Source: Bacteroidia bacterium (lineage in GTDB: Bacteria; Bacteroidota; Bacteroidia; Palsa-965). From it: DNA of 64,000 nucleotides. This document shows positions 9,187 through 17,007 of the stretch, piece after piece (position 1 is the first letter of the stretch; every line of letters starts with the position of its first letter). Where the stretch lies: positions 29,941 to 93,940 of the forward strand of contig JBIOHC010000001.1 in NCBI GenBank assembly GCA_044448685.1. Reading direction: 5' to 3'. The notes beneath the pieces are model-generated. The model was not told the origin of the DNA and made no database searches. It saw only the letters and a list, made by a program, of their open reading frames with translations. Position numbers and translations under genes: made by a program.

Positions 9187-9678
9187 TCACTTCTTTCTAA
9201 TTAATATCAATTGTCCGATCTTCTTCACTTCATGTGAGTCGCTTAACATGTCTCCAAGCTGGACCACATAGGTTATGGTATCACCAGGAAGCTTTGCAAA
9301 GTCTCCGACTAAGGAATTCAGGCTGCAAGTTCTGATATAATGATCGCCATTAATGCCGATTGTCCAACGTAATAAGTCAATACCCTCTATATCCTCCTTC
9401 TCTGTATTAATGCAGAGTTGATACCCCTGCAATATATGTGTGCTATTAGCCCCTCCTGATTTTACCCAGTGGTTTTCAATCCAAGCTTCTTTTACATGTA
9501 ATGGCAAGGTGTCATTTAATTTATATGGGTTAGGATTTGCAGTGTATTCGGCAATCAATACGCCACGTTGCTTTGCTTCCGCAATGTCTTGGGAGATATT
9601 TGCATGTGTATTCTGGTCACATGAAAGTCCTGCAAGGCAGGATAATTCTAATATCAATTTCAGCATAGTTGTTTTCAT
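9187..9678 (-). CDS. Lipoprotein, 164 aa (putative immunity cassette); the 211-aa track ORF is trimmed to the lipoprotein start
   Basis: Starts MKTTMLKLILELSCLAGLSC, a signal peptide with an LAGLSC lipobox. The start codon (ATG, read on the minus strand at 9678–9676) is 6 nt from copy 2 of the 34-bp repeat. The gene is flanked on both sides by the repeat. Confidence 0.6.
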   Translation of the reverse strand: MKTTMLKLILELSCLAGLSCDQNTHANISQDIAEAKQRGVLIAEYTANPNPYKLNDTLPLHVKEAWIENHWVKSGGANSTHILQGYQLCINTEKEDIEGIDLLRWTIGINGDHYIRTCSLNSLVGDFAKLPGDTITYVVQLGDMLSDSHEVKKIGQLILIRKK

Positions 9679-9683
9679 GATTA

Positions 9684-9717
9684 GCTCTGATTTTCCCAGC
9701 ATTCGGAGGATGGAGAG
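9684..9717. repeat. Copy 2 of the 34-bp direct repeat (identical to 9142–9175), with ~15 nt of further degenerate similarity beyond it
   Basis: gctctgattttcccagcattcggaggatggagag is identical in both copies. The extension ggagag[c/g][t/g]tg[g/a]gg[g/a]aag is partly conserved. Confidence 0.8.
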
Positions 9718-9739
9718 CTTGGGGGAAGATGGAATCGCT

Positions 9740-10228
9740 TTATTGAACCTTAACCTTAAAATATACCTCGTTTGAAAGCTTGATTTGTTTGTTTGAAATA
9801 AGAGTAATATAGCAAGGGTCAACTAACTCTTTCGGATTTGGCTCAGGAATCTCTTTGACTTTGGTACTTTTAATTTCAAATAAGTTTAATGAAATGCCGC
9901 CATCCGTTAACTCAATTTTCCCTTCTCTGATTACCCTTGACGTAAAAGTGAAATACATTTTATCTTCAGCCAGACGGTACTTCCCCTTTACTTGTATGAT
10001 GTCCCGAAGGTCATCGGACATACTGGATAGATTCAGAACGAACGTGTTGTTATCATAAAATTCGAAGTTCTGTGCAAGCCCGCTACCAACGAGTTCATTG
10101 TCGCGCTGCCAAACACCAACCAAATCAGATTTTGACAAACAACAAGAATCTTTCTTGGCTTGACCAAATAAGATAAAGTTGGAAAGGCAGAGAGATAGCA
10201 GAAGTGCGTATGAAAATTTAATATTCAT
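9740..10228 (-). CDS. Secreted/periplasmic 162-aa protein (putative cognate immunity protein for the adjacent RHS toxin)
   Basis: Signal peptide MNIKFSYALLLSLCLSNFILFGQA. Lies immediately downstream of the RHS toxin gene in the canonical immunity position. Confidence 0.6.
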   Translation of the reverse strand: MNIKFSYALLLSLCLSNFILFGQAKKDSCCLSKSDLVGVWQRDNELVGSGLAQNFEFYDNNTFVLNLSSMSDDLRDIIQVKGKYRLAEDKMYFTFTSRVIREGKIELTDGGISLNLFEIKSTKVKEIPEPNPKELVDPCYITLISNKQIKLSNEVYFKVKVQ

Positions 10229-10250
10229 GATTGGGGTTTTGAATAGTCGT

Positions 10251-12392
10251 TTAATTTGTTCCGTTTAAGTTCGATGTTTTTCTAATCACGCCTGTCGGTA
10301 CAGGATTTCCAAACTGGTTAGTCCTAACTTGTTCTACATAGTGATACCCCGTTTTCGGTGTAACAGTTGGGCTTAGGGTATAGAAGGAGACGCTATTAAG
10401 CAATGTTTGGGAAGAGAAAACAGAACCTTTACCTGGCCCAACCGCTTTAAATCCATTACTGGCCCCTATATTAGCAATAGCTCCTTTATCTACGTTTTCC
10501 CCTACAGAAAACGTGCCAACGTGACCGTGTCCATTTGGATTATTATAACCAAACAATGCCAGGTTGCCATTTGCAGCAGCAGTCGTAGCTCCAGCTTGGG
10601 TTGTTGCTATTAGAAGTGGGTTAGTTGCAAAATTATTGGTCATGCTATTCGCCATACCTGTTATATCCAGACCTGATGAGTTATTTGAACCTGAAATAAC
10701 TGTTTTAAGAACGTTCTGAGTGGCATAATTACAATAAGTAGCCCCATTCCCAGGTTCCAAAGCGGAGTTCCCATTATTCAAATTTTGTTGCTCCTGAATT
10801 GCAGTTGTCAAATTAACCTTGTTTTCTCCATCATTTGACTCATCCCAGCCATTAAATTCATAGTGCTTGTTAACGCCAGTTCCTGTTTGTTGAAATACGG
10901 CATTGGAGTTGTCTTCCACATGTTTGACCATTTTTCCATCTGCGTCTTTGAAATCAGTGTCCTCTCTTCCATCTGGGTCGGTTAGTCTTACGGGATTTGC
11001 TCGTACATAACCAAATGGTGTCCAACTTTCAAATTTTGATGCCAACTGGTCAATACCACACCATCTTCCTGTTTGCGGGTCGTACATACGTGCCCCATAA
11101 TCATACAAGCTCAATCCATTCCCACCAGCTCCAAACTCGTTCTGCTGTAACTCTTTCCCGTTGTAAAGATAATTCGTCTGGGTCAGACCTGAAAATGCCT
11201 GGTTCTGGTCAAAGATGAGGCCGTAAGGATAGTAGTTGTATTCTTCCAGCAATTGTCCTTTATAATGCACAATCTGCATATTGTCAAAACGAACATCTAC
11301 ACCACTGGTATTGCTTGTGAATACACGTAGGAAGCCATTCTGGGGAATACTTACGGTTTGGGTTGGCAGGCTTACCCAGGCGTTTGCGGCATTCTGGCTG
11401 ATTTGAATAGCTCCGCTTCCTCCGGGAATCAGGTTCATGTTTGCATCATAAAGAATATAATTAAGAAATGCAGCCGGAGAGTTCGGGTTGGCTGCACTTT
11501 GCTGCATATTGACCATAGCATTGGATAAACCCGTAGTGGAAGAAAGCTGTACAGCGGGACCACCGTCAACAGGTATTGCAAGCGGGGCGGCAAAGGCGCT
11601 TATAAAGGTTTGTAATACGGATGCTACTGTCTGGTTGGCGCTTGGGTCCGAGGAAGGAATGAATAATCCTTCTGCATTGATGATCAGGGTATCACCTGCC
11701 ATGACTTTTAGTGTAATATCCGGGCCGATAGGGTTTGCAGTTCCAACCTTGGCAGCCATCACATTACCTGTATCGGTTGCCAGGGGGCGGGCTGAACGGG
11801 TTGTCATCAAGTTATTAAAGAGCTGGATCTCGGTGCTGGTCTTGCTTATTTCGCTTGTGGCGAGGTATGTTACCGGTGTTTTTCCACCACTACTGGGTAC
11901 TTCTCCTACTACAGAGCGGGTATTGCCTAAATGATCCTTGATATAAAATTCATACTTGCTTGATGGATTGTTCAGGGGTGATGCCAGGTTCGCAGTGTTC
12001 AGTACCCGCCCTTCGTCATGCACAACATAATCCAGACTCTTGTTGATATAAATTACCGGTCCCATGTATTCGGTGGTTACAGGGGTGAGGTGGTTATTGC
12101 TTACTTTCTGGAGTTTATTGCCCTGGGCATCATAGACAAATTTGATAGTTCCGTAACTGTTCGCCGCGTCTGTTTGTTTGTTCAGAAATACATCATAGGC
12201 ATAGGTCATGCCTTTGTTGGCATCGCTGAGCTGGTTTCCGTTCCGGTCATAGGTGTAATCGGTGGATGCGGGAACATCACGGAAATCACCAAGTCCGTCA
12301 AATACGAAGGGGCTTGTGGATACTCCGTGATCATCCACTTTCTTGAGGTGGTTGCTGGAAGGGTCATAGGTGTATTGCAGATCATCCAGCAC
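10251..12392 (-). CDS. RHS/YD-repeat polymorphic toxin: YD repeats, RHS core end, ~270-aa C-terminal toxin tip
   Basis: YD repeats (YTYDPSSNHLKKV, YTYDRNGNQLS, YAYDVF…, FVYDAQGNKLQ). RHS core terminus YDYGARMYDPQTGRWCGIDQL…ANPVRLTDPDGRE (PxxxxDPxG). Variable tip with Cys (GATYCNYATQNV) and His (NGHGHVGTF). The reading frame is open up to a TAG at 12408–12410. Confidence 0.85.
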   Translation of the reverse strand: MLDDLQYTYDPSSNHLKKVDDHGVSTSPFVFDGLGDFRDVPASTDYTYDRNGNQLSDANKGMTYAYDVFLNKQTDAANSYGTIKFVYDAQGNKLQKVSNNHLTPVTTEYMGPVIYINKSLDYVVHDEGRVLNTANLASPLNNPSSKYEFYIKDHLGNTRSVVGEVPSSGGKTPVTYLATSEISKTSTEIQLFNNLMTTRSARPLATDTGNVMAAKVGTANPIGPDITLKVMAGDTLIINAEGLFIPSSDPSANQTVASVLQTFISAFAAPLAIPVDGGPAVQLSSTTGLSNAMVNMQQSAANPNSPAAFLNYILYDANMNLIPGGSGAIQISQNAANAWVSLPTQTVSIPQNGFLRVFTSNTSGVDVRFDNMQIVHYKGQLLEEYNYYPYGLIFDQNQAFSGLTQTNYLYNGKELQQNEFGAGGNGLSLYDYGARMYDPQTGRWCGIDQLASKFESWTPFGYVRANPVRLTDPDGREDTDFKDADGKMVKHVEDNSNAVFQQTGTGVNKHYEFNGWDESNDGENKVNLTTAIQEQQNLNNGNSALEPGNGATYCNYATQNVLKTVISGSNNSSGLDITGMANSMTNNFATNPLLIATTQAGATTAAANGNLALFGYNNPNGHGHVGTFSVGENVDKGAIANIGASNGFKAVGPGKGSVFSSQTLLNSVSFYTLSPTVTPKTGYHYVEQVRTNQFGNPVPTGVIRKTSNLNGTN

Positions 12393-12613
12393 AATGATGG
12401 AGCCTGCCTACCGGACATGAGTTTATTTTCACGGGCGCTTAATGAGGCCAGAAGCTTTCGTGTTTTCTTCTCCTGTTGCTTTACATAGGCCTCATTCTTT
12501 TTCTCCAACTTTTTCAAATACCGCACTTTCTTCCGTTCGGAATGGATGGTATCCTGTGCCGCAATGGAAAGCGAACAGCATAAGAATAGGAGAATCCCCA
12601 GGCCTCTTAACAT
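12393..12613 (-). CDS. N-terminal fragment (signal peptide + coiled-coil) of the RHS gene, separated from the body by a frameshift
   Basis: MLRGLGILLFLCCSLSIAAQ signal peptide, then a K/E-rich helix. The frame diverges from the YD-repeat frame near 12393–12420. A single-base indel would fuse it to …SIIVLDDLQYTYDP…. Confidence 0.55.
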
Positions 12614-12933
12614 AAATTACTCTCGTATCGTAATGTAGAATCTGCTGAATTAACGCCGGAAAGTAGAATTAATTATCCTCCCACCCAAGTCTTTTACATG
12701 AACTTAATGCGTTCTTATTGCCCTAATAGTTGACTTGCATTGAGGATAGTGTACTGACGGTTAGATGTATAAGACCGATAAGAAAGAACAATCCCAGAGA
12801 GTCGGAAACCCGGACATGTAAGATTAACTGAAAGATTGTATGATTTTAAGAACAAGGGAAGCTGAAATTTCTGCTGATTTATCAGGTGGATTTGCTTCGT
12901 ATCTTTCGGACTTAAATATTCCAGGTTATCAAG

Positions 12934-13284
12934 ATGAACAAAATCTATTACCTCAGCACCTGCTCTACATGTGCCCGTATCATCAAAGAACTGGGAATAA
13001 CACCCAAAAATTTTGAAATGCAGGATATTAAAACCGATAAAATCACTCCATCCCAACTGGATGAAATGAAGGGTCTGACCGTGACTTATGAGGCATTGTT
13101 TAGCCGAACGGCATTGAAATACAGGGCTCTTGGTTTACAGGATAAAGTTTTGGACGAAAAGGATTACAGAATGCTGATCCTTGAAGAGTATACATTTTTG
13201 AAAAGACCGGTCCTGATCATATCAGGACGGATCTTTGTTGGTAACGCTAAAAAGACCACCGAATCAGCCAAAGCTGCCTTGTAG
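12934..13284 (+). CDS. ArsC/Spx/YffB-family thioredoxin-fold protein
   Basis: 116 aa. N-terminal IYYLSTCSTCAR redox-cysteine region and overall pattern typical of the ArsC family. Confidence 0.6.
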   Translation: MNKIYYLSTCSTCARIIKELGITPKNFEMQDIKTDKITPSQLDEMKGLTVTYEALFSRTALKYRALGLQDKVLDEKDYRMLILEEYTFLKRPVLIISGRIFVGNAKKTTESAKAAL

Positions 13285-13285
13285 G

Positions 13286-14173
13286 ATGAAAACCAATACC
13301 CGAGCCCACCTCTTCCTGCTTGTTGCCAATATTATTTATGCAGCCAGTTATACGATTGCCAAAAGAGTTACCGGTGGGCCGGTCCACCCTTTTGCACTTG
13401 TAATTCTGAGAGCCAGCGGAGCCGTGATTTTGTTCTGGCTCAGTGATATCCTGTTTGTAAAAGAAAAAACTGAAAGACGTGATATCCCACGGTTTATCCT
13501 GCTGGCAGTTTTCGGAGTAGCGCTTAACCAGATGCTTTTTTTGAAAGGGCTGGATCTTACTTCTCCTATCAATGCTTCGATCATGATGATCACCAGTCCC
13601 ATACTGGTTCTGATAATGGCAGCCATCATTCTGCGTGAGCCTGTAACCTTTGTCAAAGCAGCTGGTGTCTTGCTGGGGTTCGGAGGGGCCCTGATGCTCA
13701 TGACAGGCAAGGCTGGAGGTGGAAGCAAGGGGGGAAGCATGATCGGAGATCTATGTGTGTTTATCAATGCCCTGTCCTGGGGCATTTATCTGGTGCTGGT
13801 TAAACCCATGATGATGAAATACCATACGGTGACCATCCTTCGCTGGGTCTTTTTATTCGGATGGATCATGGTGCTTCCTTTTGGCTGGTCTGAATTAAAA
13901 GAAGTTCAATGGAATCTGTTTTCGGCAGCCGATGTGGGGAACTTGTTATTTGTGATTATTGCCACCACATTTATTGCGTATCTGCTCAATATTTATGCAC
14001 TAAAGGCGTTGAGCCCTGCGGTGGTCAGTACTTATATTTATCTCCAGCCCCTTCTTACAACCGTCATAGCGCTTTGGGCCGGGAGTGATCATCTGGACCT
14101 GCTCAAGGTTGGTTCGGCTGCAATGATTTTTGCAGGTGTGTATCTCGTAAGCAGGAAGAATGCCACTCAATAA
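13286..14173 (+). CDS. EamA/DMT-superfamily transporter (10 TM)
   Basis: Two duplicated EamA halves, ~10 hydrophobic helices. Start chosen at MKTNTRAHLF…, just after the ArsC-like stop. Confidence 0.8.
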   Translation: MKTNTRAHLFLLVANIIYAASYTIAKRVTGGPVHPFALVILRASGAVILFWLSDILFVKEKTERRDIPRFILLAVFGVALNQMLFLKGLDLTSPINASIMMITSPILVLIMAAIILREPVTFVKAAGVLLGFGGALMLMTGKAGGGSKGGSMIGDLCVFINALSWGIYLVLVKPMMMKYHTVTILRWVFLFGWIMVLPFGWSELKEVQWNLFSAADVGNLLFVIIATTFIAYLLNIYALKALSPAVVSTYIYLQPLLTTVIALWAGSDHLDLLKVGSAAMIFAGVYLVSRKNATQ

Positions 14174-14230
14174 TTAAATTCAATTGCTGCTCCCCTCCTT
14201 TTCGTACTTTTGTTCAAATTCAAGCATACT

Positions 14231-15100
14231 ATGATTCGCTCCATGACAGGTTACGGAAAGGCTATTTGTGAACTTTCTGAGAAAAAGGTGACTGTAGAAA
14301 TCCGTTCCCTGAACAGCAAGCAACTGGATCTGAATCTCCGTATGCCATCTCTGTATAGGGATCATGAAGCGGAGATACGATCCGATCTTTCCCGCCAGCT
14401 GGAAAGAGGCAAGATTGATTTCAGTATTTTTTATGAATATACGGGTGATGCGGCTTCTCCGGTCATCAATAAAACACTGGCCAGGAGTTATTACAAAGAA
14501 CTCAAATCACTGGCTGTTGAATTTCAGGAAAAGGATTGTGACTTACTTGCTCTTACCATGAAAATGCCGGAAGTGATGCGTCCGGAACGCCAGGAACCCG
14601 ATGAAAACGAATGGGCGGAACTTAAAAAAACAATAATGGAAGCGCAGAAAGATTTCCAGCGTTTCAGGGAAGATGAAGGCAAATCACTGGCCGATGATTT
14701 TGTAAAACGAATCGGACTGATCGCATCTCTGCTGGCAGAAGTGGAACTTGCAGATGCCAAAAGGGTGGATGCGGTAAGGGAACGTATCCGCAAAAACATC
14801 AATGAGTTTGTAGATAAAGAGAAAATTGATCAGAACCGTTTTGAACAGGAACTGGTTTATTACATAGAAAAGATAGATATTACGGAAGAAAAGATCAGGT
14901 TGAAAACACATTGCGATTATTTTTTGAAAACAATGAATGAAGACAGCAGCGGCCGTAAGCTGGGCTTCATCACCCAGGAAATAGGCCGGGAAATAAATAC
15001 CATAGGCTCCAAAGCAAATGATGCAGGAATTCAGAAAACTGTCGTCATGATGAAAGATGAACTGGAAAAGATAAAAGAACAGGTTAATAATGTCCTCTAA
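14231..15100 (+). CDS. yicC: YicC/YloC-family stress-induced protein
   Basis: N-terminal MIRSMTGYGKA signature. ~290 aa. Conserved position upstream of gmk. Confidence 0.9.
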   Translation: MIRSMTGYGKAICELSEKKVTVEIRSLNSKQLDLNLRMPSLYRDHEAEIRSDLSRQLERGKIDFSIFYEYTGDAASPVINKTLARSYYKELKSLAVEFQEKDCDLLALTMKMPEVMRPERQEPDENEWAELKKTIMEAQKDFQRFREDEGKSLADDFVKRIGLIASLLAEVELADAKRVDAVRERIRKNINEFVDKEKIDQNRFEQELVYYIEKIDITEEKIRLKTHCDYFLKTMNEDSSGRKLGFITQEIGREINTIGSKANDAGIQKTVVMMKDELEKIKEQVNNVL

Positions 15101-15686
15101 CGGGAAACTGATCATATTCTCTGCCCCTTCCGGGGCCGGCAAAACAACCATTGTCCACCACCTGCTGGACACTTTTCCCGACTGGCTTGAATTCTCCGTC
15201 TCGGCTTGTAGCAGGGAGAAAAGAAAAGACGAGACCGAAGGTGTTGATTATTACTTCCTGAGCCTGGACGAATTCAAACACCGGATTTCCATGGATGAGT
15301 TTGTGGAATGGGAAGAAGTCTATACCAACAATTTTTACGGCACCCTGAAAGTCGAGATAGAACGTATCTGGCGTAAAGGTAAACATGTGATCTTTGATGT
15401 GGATGTAAACGGGGGACTGAATCTCAAAAACATTTTCCGTGAAAAAGCACTTGCTGTTTTTGTAATGCCCCCTTCAATCGAGAGTTTAGAAGAAAGGCTT
15501 AAAAAAAGGGAAACCGAAACTCCGGAAAGCATCAAACGCCGTATAGACAAAGCCCAGATGGAGATTGATAAATCCGTTGCCTTCGACAAGCTTGTACACA
15601 ACGACACCCTCGAACATGCCTTTGCCGAAGCAGAATCGCTTATCCGGGAGTTTCTGGATCCTGCGCATGAAAAGCATAAAAGATGA
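15090..15686 (+). CDS. gmk: Guanylate kinase
   Basis: P-loop FSAPSGAGKTT. ~198 aa. Overlaps yicC by 11 bp. Confidence 0.95.
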   Translation: MSSNGKLIIFSAPSGAGKTTIVHHLLDTFPDWLEFSVSACSREKRKDETEGVDYYFLSLDEFKHRISMDEFVEWEEVYTNNFYGTLKVEIERIWRKGKHVIFDVDVNGGLNLKNIFREKALAVFVMPPSIESLEERLKKRETETPESIKRRIDKAQMEIDKSVAFDKLVHNDTLEHAFAEAESLIREFLDPAHEKHKR

Positions 15687-16258
15687 AGATAGGCTTGTTT
15701 TTCGGCTCTTTCAATCCGGTGCATATAGGTCATATGGCCATTGCCAATTACATGGCTGAATTTGCAGACCTGAACCAGGTCTGGTTTATTGTATCCCCGC
15801 ATAACCCTTTAAAGAAGAAATCCAGTTTGCTGGCCGACCAGCAACGCCTGCATATGGTAAGACTGGCAATAGGGGATTCGAATAAATACAAAGCCAGCAA
15901 TATAGAATTCAAGCTTCCACAGCCATCCTACACCGTTGTGACGCTGGCTCACCTGAAAGAGAAATATCCCCAGCATCAGTTTGTACTTATTCTCGGTTCC
16001 GATAATCTGGAATCCTTTCCCAAATGGAAGAATTACGAGCATATTCTGAATGAATATGAACTCTATATCTATCCACGTCCGGAATGGGATGGAGGAGTAT
16101 TAAAAGACCACCCCAAAGTCAAATGGACTGAGGCTCCGTTTATGGATATTTCCTCCACCTTTATCCGGGAAGCTGTCAAAGCGAAAAAGGATATACGCTT
16201 CTTCCTTCCCTCATCGGTTTATGAGTATATGAAGGAAATGCATTTTTACGAGAAGTAA
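15683..16258 (+). CDS. nadD: Nicotinate-nucleotide adenylyltransferase
   Basis: GSFNPVHIGHM (HxGH nucleotidyltransferase motif). 191 aa. 4-bp overlap with gmk. Confidence 0.9.
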   Translation: MKIGLFFGSFNPVHIGHMAIANYMAEFADLNQVWFIVSPHNPLKKKSSLLADQQRLHMVRLAIGDSNKYKASNIEFKLPQPSYTVVTLAHLKEKYPQHQFVLILGSDNLESFPKWKNYEHILNEYELYIYPRPEWDGGVLKDHPKVKWTEAPFMDISSTFIREAVKAKKDIRFFLPSSVYEYMKEMHFYEK

Positions 16259-16289
16259 CATATAATTGGCGCTTTTCCATGTGGGTTTG

Positions 16290-16495
16290 GGCGTCTGGAG
16301 TCCCGTAGGGACTATATATCGGTAGAAATTGAATTGTTTTCACGGTACCCGTCCTGTAGGGACGGCATATCGGTTAAAGACATCGATGCAGACAGGCACA
16401 TAGAATTCATTGAACCGATATGTTGCCCCTAAAGGGGCAATGAGGCATGCGGGACATATTGTTCTACCTATATTTTGTCCCTACGGGACATTAGA
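16290..16495. repeat. Cluster of short palindromic hairpin repeats in the nadD–ridA intergenic region
   Basis: gtcccgtagggac (16300–16312), cgtcctgtagggacg (16350–16364), ttgcccctaaaggggcaa (16423–16440), gtccctacgggac (16477–16489). Each is flanked by atatcgg or ccgatat. Confidence 0.6.
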
Positions 16496-16585
16496 ATGTT
16501 AACGCCAACACCCTCTGCGCCCCCATCCTCCCCGTTTGCTCATTTCCCCCAAAAGCCCTAAATTCGCTGTCCTTTATACAAAACT

Positions 16586-17002
16586 ATGGACAGTAAAATC
16601 AATTCTTCCAAAGCCCCGGATCCGGTTGGTCTCTATCCCCACGCAAGACGTGTAGGTAACCTGCTTTTTTTATCGGGTGTAGGTCCGCGTGAAAAAGGCA
16701 GCACTGAAATTCCTGGCGTAAAACTGGATCAGCACGGAGACATTCTTGCGCATGACATCGCTGCTCAGTGTCACAGTGTTTTCAGAAACATTAAATATAT
16801 CCTGGAAGATGCCGGCAGCAGCTGGGACAAGATTGTGGATGTGACTGTTTACCTCACCAATATGAAGGATGACTTCCCTACTTACAATAAACTCTGGGCT
16901 GAATATTTCAAGGATAACCTGCCCTGCCGGACGACACTCGAGGTTAACTGCCTGCCTACTCCCATTGCCATAGAACTGAAAGTGATTGCCACGATCGATT
17001 AG
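16586..17002 (+). CDS. ridA: RidA/YjgF-family reactive-intermediate deaminase
   Basis: 138-aa YjgF/RidA fold (…VYLTNMKDDFPTYNKLWAEYF…). Stop codon abuts the ileS start. Confidence 0.85.
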   Translation: MDSKINSSKAPDPVGLYPHARRVGNLLFLSGVGPREKGSTEIPGVKLDQHGDILAHDIAAQCHSVFRNIKYILEDAGSSWDKIVDVTVYLTNMKDDFPTYNKLWAEYFKDNLPCRTTLEVNCLPTPIAIELKVIATID

Positions 17003-17007
17003 TGCTT

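Noticed and set aside
6335-12933. Integrase, tRNA or direct-repeat att sites bounding the accessory island
   Set aside because: No tRNA-like sequence and no recombinase ORF were found, and no long flanking direct repeat. The island call rests only on gene content and composition.
12715-13056. 113-aa minus-strand ORF overlapping the ArsC-like gene start
   Set aside because: It has no motif. It overlaps a gene with a clear family signature and the divergent promoter region. It is a likely artefact.
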